Shown here piece after piece: positions 23,051 to 36,500 of a stretch of DNA of 64,000 nt. Under the pieces are notes generated by a model. The model searched no databases. It was not told the DNA's origin and worked only from the letters and a program-made list of their open reading frames with translations. How positions within the stretch are numbered: position 1 is the first letter of the stretch; every line of letters begins with the position of its first letter. A program made the translations under genes and the position numbers. This DNA comes from Phoronis australis (Eukaryota; Animalia; Phoronida), in assembly GCA_002633005.1 (NCBI GenBank), contig NMRA01000760.1:71432-135431 (forward strand). Direction: 5' to 3'.

Positions 23051-24423
23051 AGTTAGTGGATCTCGTGAGAACATGGCCGATATTGCAAATTGCCGGATTT
23101 TTGGCGACGTAATCAGCGATCCGAAACTGAGTGTAACTGGTAGATGTCAGAGAGTATGACGAGTGTGTGACAATCCAGAATATTTTTGGGAATACCAAAA
23201 TTCCAATCTTTAGACAATCTATAATATTCACTAATATTCCTTTCTGTTGAGAATCCCCTATTCTCAATTTTAGAATGCATTTTAAAAAAGCATGTGTTTT
23301 TAGTAATAATGCGATAATTTCCAAGGCCAATCACGTTTTCACAGTGTCCATCCCATGGTCAGTATTCATACTGTTAGTTAGCCATCGATACAAAGACAAA
23401 CAAATTTTCACTACTTATTGCAATTGAGGTTTTAATTTCAATACAATTGCAATTGTTGCTACTGCCGATCTTCATCGGCATCGGCTGACCAGCGAAGCCG
23501 AAGTCACACACTCTGCATTTTCTTTCCGGGTTCCCATCAAGCGCAATGCAAAATCGGTTTTTGCACCGTTCTGGTTTAGCTTTCCAGATGTGAGTTCGTA
23601 CGCTCTGAGTGTGCTCAATTCGAAACCGTGGGATCCTGCATTGTGTATAATGCACGTGGTGACCTCTTATGAGTAAACATCCGGGTTGTATAGATTCTTG
23701 TTGTTTTAAAAAATGCACTGTTTCAAAATAAAAGACATACTTTGCGTACCGAGCTGAAATTTACTGAACCGAAGACCTACGAGCCTATTTTTTGTACCGT
23801 CTCACCCCTAGTCAGCAGACGCTGACATGGAACAACTCGTACTGTATCAGCTTGTTTTGCATTCTTGTAAGTACAGCATACGGCCGCAGGCAATGTTAAC
23901 TATTAAAGAGTCATCTTTGCATTACCTGTAGAATGCAATCACTGCAGCTACCCATCTGCATGGAGTAGCGACTCTTACATTGTAAATAGATGCATTTATA
24001 CTCGGAACTTAATGTAGCGAATATTCGAGGATTATACTTAACAGACGTTTACGTCCCAAAATTTAAGGTGCATCGTACCACTTTAAAAAAGCGTCCATTT
24101 TACTGCTGTACACTTCCAAGTTCGAGGGTTTAATCACGAGCCGATATTTTGCATTTCACTGGCATGACCACAGATGCCCGGCCGGAATATTCTTAGAACT
24201 CCACATGCTATTGGGCAACGCTGCCATAGCCAAAGTTACAAGATTTGTTAGATCACGTTGATCATGTTCAACGCAATACAGTCTTCAAAATGGGTGCTAT
24301 ACATAGTCTAATTTACATTACAATTAGGCTAAGTTCCAATATTTCAGAAAACTCGGCAAACACTACTCTCCACATATACTCAGAGAACTCAATAAACTGT
24401 TATATTCTAGCAATCTATTGTCG

Positions 24424-24557
24424 TCATGGTCGCTCCCTTGGGTCTCCGCTTAGAGCACTCTCTTTTGTTGGAACCTGCACCATTTCTTGTTTTGTTTCAT
24501 ATACTGGTTGTGACGTCATCGTTCCATAAGACACCATAGTGGCGGGGTCGTCCTTTG
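24424..24557 (-). CDS. VGLUT: VGLUT terminal coding exon (cytoplasmic tail)
   Basis: Strong acceptor ttctttcttggtttcag, phase 1; [44 protein letters not shown], containing the SYG motif of VGLUT tails. Confidence 0.82.
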
Positions 24558-27500
24558 CTGAAACCAAGAAAGAATACAACTTTGAGGTTGAGATCCCTTT
24601 TCTGTAAAGACGTTTTTGCGATTTTTCATTATAAAGCCCTGAAAGAAATAATCATATCTTTCTTCATCGCATTTTTCTCACAGTAAATCAACATTTGCTT
24701 CAACAAAGTTTGGTTTCTAATTTTGTGTTCTCAAAAAGGTAAAACTATTCCTCAACTTTCCAGGAAAAGATACCGCTGTATACTCATGTAAATCGAGCGT
24801 TCAAAACTGGTCCGACGAAACAGATATACTGGTAGAGCTCTTAACGATCACAAACAATTGAAGTAACCCCTTGTGAGACACTTCTTGTCGATGGAGGTTC
24901 AGCTAGAAGAACAAAGCACTGGGAGAAATTAACCACCATTTTCATCTAACAAGAGGGGTATTTTATTTCTCATTCGCCCATCTAAAATTATCCAGTTGCA
25001 AGGCAATTAGATATATGTTAAAAATTCAGGGGCTCATTCGAGGAGTTTGGGAGGGTTAGTCAATCGAATCCCATGGAGGCAAGGTACAGAATGGATTCGG
25101 AAGGAGATGAAAGATGATTCGTGAAACAGGATGTAATTAGCTGTAGAAAGCTGAGCTAGGATAAGAGTTTCAAGGTAGTTTCCTATCTCCTCAAAAGAGA
25201 AAGCGTGGATGTAGATGAACGAAGGCATTTCCACGGCGACCGCGGCTGCTGGAGTGGTAAAGACCGCAGAATTCATTTCTTCGGTCTACTAAACCTAATA
25301 CAGAACCTTCGCAATGAGCCTTGCATTCATCAAAAGGCTTAGAGTTGTTACGGCAATGGAAATTCAAGGTCATGTGGCCTTGTTTATCACAAAGACTTGC
25401 TCGATTGACTTTTTATACAAAAACATCTGATATGAATGTTCAATGTATAGCGGAAAATCGAAGCATCGAATCCTATGGAACGCATAAAACGTCCATGGTC
25501 ACCAGGCGACAGGGAGGAGGTCCTTGAATCTGATAACACGCATCAGTTTTCGGTGTTCCTCCTGAAATCTAAACGCTGGGTAGCTCGCTTTCAAATGAAA
25601 GTTCAGATCAATACCTGGAGTACACAGCACTGTGCACGTGGAAAAAAAACAAAACCTCATAAAAGCAAGAGAAGGCAACAAATATGAGGAAGGCAACTGA
25701 TAGTGAACTCGTACATGAGTACTGGTCGACATAAGCCACAACTAAGGTTAGTAAGACGGAGCAGATAAAACGAGTAGCTGCACTGCCGGTACATGTCAGT
25801 ATATGGTGAACGCCATCAATCTACTGTACTAATTTTACCTGCCACGTGGGATGTGAATAACTGCAATAGAACAATATTGGCATTGAAAAAGTTTCTTGGA
25901 TTCTGCGCGACATGACATTCCATAGCTCATAACTGTAAAAATCTTCTTGGGTATACACCTGTACGCGTTGCAGCGTACATACGCTGAAGTGAACGCTTTC
26001 TGTCCACATGTCAACTCAAATACGCCCTTAAGTGAGGCGTGACCGAGAGTTAGGAAGCGAGCTGTCTGTCATAATTGAACCAGATAGCTGAGCTGTCATC
26101 TCACCTGGGGGTGAGAATAATTAGTTCAATGAATTGTGATCGTATTTTCACGCCTTGACGAGAGGTGTCAGCACAGCTATGGTTACTTGAGGCAGGTTGT
26201 AGCTCTACGGCTGTGGTCTCAGTAAGAGCTGCAGTTGACAGACTGGGAAGCTAGTGCCTCGAAAAATAGATGACACGTTTACTACTAGGACACTGGTGAC
26301 ATCTGATACATAAGATTTTATTTACTTCTTAAAATCCCCACACACCGCTAGTAGTTAGGGAAGTAGAAAACTTCACAATGGAATGACTCAACTTTGCGGA
26401 AGCAAAATTAATCTTCTCGTTCAAGCAAAGAGTCGGCCTCCATTCGATCCATGGAGCCACCGTGTGTAATTTTGAAGCCGTATCAAGTGCCACCAACACA
26501 ACTTACCTTCGAACAGCGACGTTAAAGAACCAACGCAAAGGGTTCCAACCCAAACATGAACCAACCCGATGACTTTGAAGGTTGGCTATGCATGGCACTT
26601 AAAGCTGTTATAAATCCGCCTAGGTGTCCGTCAAAGAAACTTTTGATTTAGATCACTCCTCGTTATAAAACTAGGTTAAGTACCGAAGACCGCAAGACAT
26701 TAGCTTGCACTTGAGAAAAAACATCTTCGCTTATGGAACGGAAACAGTGAGTCTAATCCCACAATGCAACACTCCAACCCCAAAGACCTATGATTAGGGG
26801 CGGCCATTTTGCTAGGATAGGCTAGCAAGCGGTTAGTTATTGCGCGAGACCATTCTCGGCGAATAAAACGACACGCGGTGACAAGTCTACATGTTGAGCC
26901 TGGCCTTCAGCAACAACCAGCTGTGAGTTCTCTCGAAGCACTGAAATCATCATATTTTGTGATGGAAAGTGGGTTAAACAACCGATTCAATACAAATTTT
27001 CACAGCATTATTTTAGGGAAGTACATAACAGTTTTTCGATGTTAATGGCTTCATGGAAATTAGCATTGAGTTGCTCGCCTCATATTTTCGGGATCGAGCT
27101 AAAAAAGAAAAGTCAAAACCGGAACCGAGAGTTGCAGTAACAAGAGAACAAACACACGTCTGTACATACATCAGTGATTACAAATGAAGTCATCATTTTT
27201 ACCAACAGTCATGAAACATATCGAAACAATTGCAACATTTATTCATTTCACGTTACTCTAGCTAATTCAAGCACCCACAACCATGCCTATACAAATCATC
27301 TACAAAATTAATAAGCACTGGCGTAGCCAGTTTTCAAACTGATGAGAGCAAACGAATAAATGTTACGACCTAAAAACTAAAACAGCGCCTCCACGAGGGT
27401 CTTTTTTCGATGAATTGGGGGTCCAAATACAAAGTTAAAATGCGTATCAACCGGGGGAAGACTTGTTGTACTCGTATGGCTACGCCAGTGCTAACACGTT

Positions 27501-30500
27501 TGTCGTCACGTGATCTACACATGCATCAAACCACATGACGCCAATCATTTCAAAACTCTAAAATGCAGTACACTAAAAGATGATTTGAAAATAAATTTGT
27601 TCGACCTTTGACACGAAGACTACTCACATTTTGCTGGGTCTGATTTTCAATGCTTAATGTTTGCTAGAAATCAAATGGTTCTCAACTTAATTTCAAGTAC
27701 TCAATAAGTAGGGTTAACTTTTCTTTTGATCCTTATGTTTCAGCTTGAGCCGCCTGTTATAGATTGGATGTTAAAATCTATGACTTGCTGACATAGGTGT
27801 TACATTATCTTCTGAAAGGACTAAGGAAGGGTTGACGAGGTGTGAAGGTTGTGGTAGGATGTTTAAGTCTGTTAAAGAAAGAAAGATCCATCAGACAAAG
27901 ATGAAGTGTATATTAACCAATGGTAAGCGCTCGGGTTTACCCGATAACTCGTCGGAGTGTGTCGACCAGGAGACAAACCACCGTGTCAAACAGAATTCTG
28001 ATCCTGAGAGTGGTAAAGGTAGAAGAGCTAGTAAGTGGCCGAAATCATCTGATAAACAGGTAAGGCTGGACATGGATACGGATTTAAGCATTAATTTACA
28101 CACAATTAAAGACAGTGCAATAAGGAAAGTTCAGGTGCTGGGAAGTATGACATGTGACTATGGTACTCTGAAGTTTGGTGAGAAAGAGCAAAGGCAAAAG
28201 AAACAATTTCTTCCAAATCAAAGCAGGAGGAGGACAACCCAGTCATTAAGGAAGGAGGCGAGGAGACTATGTGCAGCCATGCAGCAGAAGGTTCATAGAG
28301 CTGAAGAGATTGGAGTACTGCTGAGGGATGTGAGAAGACAGATTGCTAATCTGAGTAGACCAGAAGGTCCAGCTGAAAAGCGCCGCCGGTCTGCAAAAGC
28401 AACAAAAGATTTCACTGAGAATCCTTTCCATGTCACGAAGCAGCTGTACAAAGAGAAGACTAGTGGTACTCTCACTGTGTCTCAGGAGAGATTGGAGGAA
28501 CACCTGGAGTCGGTATACTGTAATGAGATGAAGAAGTCTGTCCCAGAACCAGTGGCTGATCTGAGTAAGCCGTCTGCTCCTACATTTCTGCTTGATGAGT
28601 CAATGGTTAAGATGAGGTGAAGGAGGTCATCAGGAAGGCAAGAAGTAAGTCAGCAGGAAGACCCAATGGTGTAACCTATGCAGTGTATAAGAACTGTCTT
28701 AAGTTGGTCTCTTGTATGTGGAGCGCCTTGGTTAAGGTGAGGGAGAAGGTGGATATACCTGAGTCTTGGTGCAAAGCAGGAGAAAACTCTACTGAGTTAG
28801 GTCAGTTCAGACCAAGCTCTTTGTTGAATATTGAAGGAAAGATCTTCTACACAGTCTTGGCAAAGAGATAAACAAGATTACTCTCGGCTAATGGATTCAT
28901 TGTCACCAGCATTCAGAAGACCGGTATACCAGGATTTCCTGGGTGTCTGGAACATGTTGTATAATCTGGCCAAAAATTAGGGAAGTCAAGAAAAATAAGA
29001 ATGACCTGCATATGATCTTGCCAATGCTTATGGATCTGTTCCACACAGCATGCTGAGACTGGCAGTGGAGCTTTTTCATATTGCACAGAGGTTGCAAAGT
29101 TGCTTAATGTTGTATTTTTGATCAATTCAAGATTCGTTTCACCACAGCAAAGTATACAACAAAATATTTGAGCCTGCAATGGGATGTGCTATTTCAACTA
29201 TCCTATTTGTAATTGTAATGGAGATGATTATTAGAGGTGTCAATGAAGAGCAGTGAGGAACTTCCAGAGGAAGGTGAGATCCAGGGCTTTATGGATGACC
29301 TAACAATCTTGCAGGAGATTGCGTCTGTTGCAAAGAGAGTTTTCCAAAGACTTACTGAGTTAATTGGCTTGAGAAGAATGGCTTTCAAACCCAAGAAGAG
29401 CACGGTGTTGTCATTCAGAAAGGGTGCTGTTGTGAACTTTGACTTTGGCATTACAGGAGAAAGAGTTCCAACTGTGCGTGAGCAGGGAGTGAAATGCTTA
29501 GGAAGGTGGTATAGTTTCCCACTTGCAGATCGTCATCGAGGAGTGGAATTACAGCGACAGGCAGAGGGTGGTTTGCTAAATATCCATAAATCAGGCTTGT
29601 CAATGACCAGAGACAATTGAGCGTAAGATCGGCGAAATGGTGAGAAAGTGGCTTGATTTATCCAGGATTCTCTCATCAGCAGCATTGTACAGTAAGCAAA
29701 GTAAGTTGCGTTTACCAATTACATATGTTGTAGAGGAGTACAAGGCTGCAAAGGTCAGGCTGCAATCTATGCTGTGTGAATTGAATGATAACACCATAAG
29801 AGACAAACCACCAAAGCTAAATATTGGTAGGAAGTGGAAAGTGAGTGAAACAATGAACACTGCAAGTGAGATGGCTCATCAGAAGGAATTTGTTGGTGTG
29901 GTGAGAGATGGTAGAAGAGGTATTGGAGTGACACAAAGGGAACATTTTTGGTCTGAGACAAAGGGGTCAGAAAGAAGGAAACTACGTGAGCAAGAAGTCC
30001 GGCAAATGGAGGAAGAGCGTCGTTCAGTGCTTGCTGTGCAACAGGCTCAATAGGGACTGCGGCTGAATTGGGACGATGCGGAGCTGCAGGTCATCAGCTG
30101 GAACGATTGGCAGAGTATGAGTGCAGGTCATCCGAAGTTTCTCATCCAGTCAGCACATGATATATTGCCATCACCTGCCAGTTTGGTGAAATGGGGCTTT
30201 CGGACAGATTCTTCTTGTCGTTTTTGTCATAGAATTGGTAGTTTGAGACATATGTTATCTGACTGCAGTAAGGGGCTCACGTGCGGATGGTATACTTTCA
30301 AGCACAATTGGGTACTAGATGTTATACTAGAAGCAGTTGAGTGTGCAGTAGTTTCATCCAAATAATGTCAAAAGATAAATTTCGTCAGGCAAGGGGTTGC
30401 AGTTACGAACAATGTTAAGAGACCAGCTGCTACCAATAGGCATTGGACGGTTCGAATAGAGAAGTCCCTTCCAGAGGGATTGCTCCTGTCTGGTTTGCGT

Positions 30501-33500
30501 CCCGATGTAGTGTTGCTCGATGAAGTGAGAAAACTTCTTGTTAATGGTGGACTAACAGTTGCATGGGAAGAGGGTTTCTGGGAAGCCCATGAACGTAAGC
30601 TGTTACGGTATGCAGAATTAGCAACTGAAATCCAGGGGAAAGGTTACAACTGTGAACTGATTCTTTTTGAGGTGAGGGTGTCGAGGTTTTCCGTCTTCGT
30701 CTTTATGGAGGTTCCTGAAAGTCGCCGTTGTGAACCATTCTAGGATGGTGCATGGTCAGAGTGTGTGGACAGAAGGCTGTGGAGGGCAGCACATGGATTA
30801 TGCGGAAGTACATGTAATATAGTCATTAAAATGGAGTTAGGACTTTATGGCCAACTGCAGCGCATTTACATTGAGCAGCTGTTGCTGGCCCACCGTGTGG
30901 AGAGATCCTGAGCTTAATGGGCCGAAATCTTGAGGACGCACTGCGCTCAGCTGATGATTGCAGTTGACCGTGGAGCACAATCATCTATCACCTAAGTCTT
31001 CAGTCGGAGTAATTAATAGGCTGGGTCTGATCTATCCTACGATGTGAGGTAGCCGTTTTAAGAAAAAAAACAGTAGTAAGAATAATTAGAGTCAAAAAAT
31101 GACTGATTTTCATGATACGTACTCACAATTTCAGAAGCATAGTTTACGAACTGCTTTGGACTCCTGCTATTGATATAAAGAACAAGTGAACTCAAGTTTG
31201 AAATGTTTAGTAACTTTCTGTTTCAGTTTGGTCTCTTAAAAATGGTTTTAGATAAACTAATAAAAGAGACATTTTTAAGCCCATTACCTAAGATGGAAAT
31301 CACGAAATAGCTATGTCAAAGGTACATGGGCAACCATTGTCTCCAACATCTCCAGAGCACTAAATATTAATGAGCAAACCAAACATCGGTTCAGCGAGTT
31401 AGACTTTCCTACAGTATGTTAAAATGTACTCTCGTACATGGACCTACAATTGTCAGCTTTCTACAATTTTGTGAACACTTCATGTGAAAATGAAAGTCTT
31501 CAGTTAAAATGTTGCAAAGAAGCTAAAATTTCTCATTTCACGGATTGTCATTTCTGTTTTTAAGTCAAAAAATTATAGGTCTTATAACTTTCTATGAAAT
31601 CTGAAAAATGTCGGATATTTTATGCTTCGGCTTTGTTTAAAGAGACTCTAAATCCGCCTTCCTTAAAAAGCCCATTTGACTAGAATACTTTGCACTATAA
31701 ATCTGGTCTTAAATTTTCTTTACTCGGGTTCGAGACAATACTTGGGCTTGTTTGATAACATGCTCGATACGTTGGTTTGTACACTGCGTGTCACTGATTT
31801 TATGCGTCAAGTACACGTATAAAGGCCTTAAGCACTGCTTATCTGTCAGTATATCAATAGCCTAGAAATCATTCTTCATCTGAATAAGGAACACGCTACG
31901 ACCAAATTGAAAGCGGAAACCATCTAACTCAAACGTTGGATTTAACGTCCAAAGGCGTGTTCATAGCCGCCTTAATTAGGCCAATGCCCGCACAGCTTCT
32001 TTCAGGACCGAGGTTTTGTTCCCTGAACTCGAAACGTGATTCCACACGACTATTTAAAAATAACTTAATCTCATTTTAAAAAATAGAGTGCAAAGTATCT
32101 GAAAAAAGCCCCGGTTACCGAGACAATTTCTATTTCTAAACTGTGATCCAATCGTAATTGGATAAAACGTTTTTCACTAATTATGAAGTGCGAGAGTAAG
32201 ACCAAACTCACGTCTAAGTCTTAAGCCACTATTTCATGCTGCAGGCCCCAGTATACGATTGGCAACGTTTACGGCTTAGGAAATGTTGCCGTAGAATTGA
32301 ACCAGAGTCAACATTAAGAGATTTTCAAAAAAGAAGAGGAAATGAACTTTGTCAAAAACGTAAAAATGTGGTTAAGTGTTCGGGTTCACAATTTATTTTC
32401 AGAGGCGCTGAATGATATTTTTGGCTACAAAACAAACTTGCATTAGCATTTACGATCAATGCCTTACAAAGGATGACTCTGGGATGTTTGATTAGAAAAA
32501 TTTTTCTCAATGAGACATCATTCGAGTAACAAATGAACGCGAGGTTCAATTTGACCCCGGTCGACTAAGTTGAATTCCGTAACTAAAGGTACACGGACGC
32601 GTACTTGTAAGTCTAGTCTTCGCCGAATGGTCAAATGAGTCATTTTTATGCAAGGGAGAAACACCTGAATACTGTACTATTTAGGATACCAAAGAAAAGT
32701 GAAACAGGCAGTATGTAATACATGTACAAATCATATAAAGTTGACTGTTATTAGAAATAGAGTGAGTGCACTCTGTGTGAAAGGAGACACGTGAGAGACG
32801 GTACTGCGGTCACCCGATACAATGTACGCGTGCATTCTCCAGTTTTCGCGTGCCTACTGACTGACTTTATTTGTATATTTACAGATGCATGTTTTCTCGG
32901 ACTTTTTGTTTCTCTGAGGCGGACGTTGTTACCCATTTCGCCAAATGAGGGGTTCGTTCGAACCCCCGAGCCACCCCCCACCCCTTGGGTGCGCGCATGC
33001 ATACAGAAAATGCTTAGTGCCTAGATCACGTTTTCCGGAAATGTACGAATACAGTACCGAGTGACCCTAGAAGAGGCAATGAGTGCTAGAAAACTAAAGA
33101 ATATCAAAACACAATTTACCCAACGTTTCCTTGTACTGAATGTCTGTGAATAAATATATCCGTGGTTTATATTTCATAAGGAGTTCTACTGCAAAGGAGC
33201 TTCGTGGCAAATCGGGAAGGAAACTATTTAGGAAATGAAAACGAAACAAGACTAAGAAGGAATCCGATTATCTTTACAACAATAAATATTTCTGACATCA
33301 AAAGCTCATCGAAAGTAGAAATACATAGCTTTGATCATACCGCAAAGCAATTTAAAATTTGAAATTATACAAGTAAAATAGTTCATAATTTAAACTGTAT
33401 ATTTTCACTTGCGAAAAAGGTTTCAAAATAATTGCAAACAAATTCAGTATAAAAAAGTTCAAAGCTCTTAAGTTTGTCTAAAGAAGTACAACAATGTTGT

Positions 33501-36500
33501 GAAGTACTTTACACCGTACGCTTTGTGCTCGTCGAACGGGCGTCTTATAACGTCATTCTATTGGAAAACTTCACTGTAGCAATGAACAAACATAAGAATT
33601 CAGTGATAATACCTTTTGGGTTTATCTTTTCTTCCGGTTCATCGTTTTCGTGGTTCCATGTGGGTTCAACGTCATCTGGCATGTCTTCCTTAGGTGGGTC
33701 GGCCCACGGCTGTTTCTCGCCGGAAGCGAATATGGCGTAAAACGTGACACCGATGTAGTGTATAAGGGCAGCTGCCAGAAATACTTTCTGCCATTCTTCG
33801 GCAGTCTGAAACAATGGATAAAATATAATGTCTCTGAAACTCGGTCAGCGTTCTGTAGACCACAAGACATGATAAGATCCAAATGGTCATAAACATAGGT
33901 CTCCAATTAATCTTGCAAATTAAATGGTCAGGAAAAATAACCACTGAAACTGTTGGAACAGAGAGAGACAGATTAAGAAGCAAAAGTAGAGGTGGGTCGG
34001 CCACACACTGAGAAAGCCGGGATAAGGCAACGAAAGCGAGGAGGACCTATACAAAACTGGTGAAGAACTGTCAGTCTTATCACCTCTCCATCGGTATGTC
34101 GCGGAACGAGATTCGAGTGAAATCTGCCAACAGGACTAGATGGTGAACAGTCACGGAGTTATGCTCCTCACGGTAGGCCATCCAGAGGGTTAAGTCAGAA
34201 GTGACCATGCTAGCTTGCAAGGGGACATTGAATTCAGCGGACTCTCTCTGTTCGTCGGTGCTATAGGCCTACAGGCTGAACAACTTCATACCAAAAGAAT
34301 GGAGTGGTAGCCTAATTTTATCCCCCGAAGATGCATTCAGCAGCTTTATATGTGCCAACTGAAGAAAAATATGACACAATGTGGATTCGAACCAGACTGC
34401 CAACCATCAAGCTTCCACTCGTCATTCTTGCTCTGACCAAAACATATACTGCGCGCTTGTTGACGTGCATGTACTAAAAGAAACACGTGTTATACGAGGT
34501 CATGCTGATGGGGTAAAACGTCGTCTTCTTCTCCTCTTTGACTTCCGCTGCTGTCTTCTCAAATTTCTATAAACTCAGTGGCATTTGTTTTTGCATAAGT
34601 TTTAATGTCAGTGGCGGATCTAGGATATCACAAGNNNNNNNNNNNNNNNNNNNNNNNNNNNNNNNNNNNNNNNNNNNNNNNNNNNNNNNNNNNNNNNNNN
34701 NNNNNNNNNNNNNNNNNNNNNNNNNNNNNNNNNNNNNNNNNNNNNNNNNNNNNNNNNNNNNNNNNNNNNNNNNNNNNNNNNNNNNNNNNNNNNNNNNNNN
34801 NNNNNNNNNNNNNNNNNNNNNNNNNNNNNNNNNNNNNNNNNNNNNNNNNNNNNNNNNNNNNNNNNNNNNNNNNNNNNNNNNNNNNNNNNNNNNNNNNNNN
34901 NNNNNNNNNNNNNNNNNNNNNNNNNNNNNNNNNNNNNNNNNNNNNNNNNNNNNNNNNNNNNNNNNNNNNNNNNNNNNNNNNNNNNNNNNNNNNNNNNNNN
35001 NNNNNNNNNNNNNNNNNNNNNNNNNNNNNNNNNNNNNNNNNNNNNNNNNNNNNNNNNNNNNNNNNNNNNNNNNNNNNNNNNNNNNNNNNNNNNNNNNAAC
35101 ACTAAAACTGCACACATTTAAATCTTTTTTCATCCGTATAATTTTAATTACCGGGGTTAATTAATAAACTCAACGTTTCCCTACGCTCTTACTGTTTTTT
35201 TTTGCGGCAGCCAAGAGGGGGGGGGGCCCGGGCCCCCTGGGCCCCCCCCCTAAGTCCGCCTATGTAATGTAGAACTCGGTGAAACTAACCTTAGCTGGCT
35301 TCAGCACTTCACGTTATACAGTGGTTACTATGTGTCACGAGGGTTCACCTTGACTATTACTTTGCTGGGGAAACGCAGGATTTGAGTAACCATGATGGTT
35401 GAACCTCGGGATTCGCCTCCCTCCTATGGTGGACGTGGTTGGTCGATACAAGTGTGGCGGCATCCGGAGACCGGGAGGTGGGGGGAGGGGGGGGGGGCAG
35501 AGGTGGATAGTAAGGGGGCTGGGGATAGTTTGACGAAATCGAATTGGTTTGAGCCTCCCCCCAATAATTTTTACCGTCCTGCGGGCCTGCGTGAAACCGA
35601 GGTAGGCTGCCACGCCCTACTTGTCTTAAAGCGTCCTACAATGAATTTTTGAGGTTTTAGGCCGTACATAATAATTTCATAACACAAAATTTAACTAAAG
35701 ACTCACTTATTTTGAGAAATAGTTGATAAATTTTGATTTTTAAAAAAATGAGTTTTTTGGTTCCCCGCCACGTGACGTCATCAGTGGAAGACGTTGATCA
35801 GTTGACAGTATATTTGCAAATGCGGGAAGTAGTGGTTTTTTGAAGATTTAGAGAGCGAGCTTGACGAGTATTATGAAGACACGCATGGAGATGAGGGTGT
35901 TTGAAGCTGTACGAACTCGACCCTCTCGCAACTGCGTCTTCGGCCAGTGAATCATGGTTGTAGAACTTATGCCAAGTTATGTAACACGATGGTGATTTTT
36001 ACGACCTTTCTGCTAAATTTGAAAACCCGCACGTGGTCTACTATTAAAATGCTGCACATGTAACTTACGCCGTTTTTTGTCAAAGATTCCGTGACAAACG
36101 GGCAAATAAGTCCGGAGAGAGTGCCGACTCCATTGGAAATACCCATCAGTATACTGGCGTATCGAGGTGCAATATCCAGGTGATTGACGTTATAACCTGC
36201 AAAATAACGAAAGAAAGTCATCTTTGAAATTACGAATTTCAAAGCAATCGAAAGAAAAACAGCCGCACGTGTAAGAACCCAACTGCGGTTTTAAAGTTGT
36301 TAGTACAACCTTAGTGATAGAACAAAGTCCAGAGTGCGCTGAAACTTCAGGAAACATAGTTGAGTCCTTTTGGGAGTGTTTCGTGCAACCGGACACAAGA
36401 GCCTTTTATGAGTGCGGACCGTTTTTGTGAGTCTTCGAAGTTGAATTACTGGTAAGTGAGTCGTCTTCATGAGTGCTGAAATACGTTCATGAGTAAATGA

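Noticed and set aside
24415-24426. Stop-codon read-through at the VGLUT TGA-C
   Set aside because: Context is TGA CGA rather than the TGA CTAG motif, and a TAG follows after two codons
26507-26604. Exon-like unit in the last VGLUT intron (also about 31127-31163)
   Set aside because: In-frame stop codons in the required phase and no VGLUT similarity
30920-30960. Hammerhead ribozyme (CGAAA and CTGATGA present)
   Set aside because: Stem II and the stem III-UH cleavage site cannot be formed in any permutation by eye
34538-35164. Long ORFs of 165-208 aa
   Set aside because: They span the second N gap; artefacts
35400-35480. HDV-like ribozyme on minus (GGCGAATCCCGAG resembles J4/2-P2)
   Set aside because: No matching P3/L3/P1.1 elements upstream; none was seen at the retroelement 5' end either
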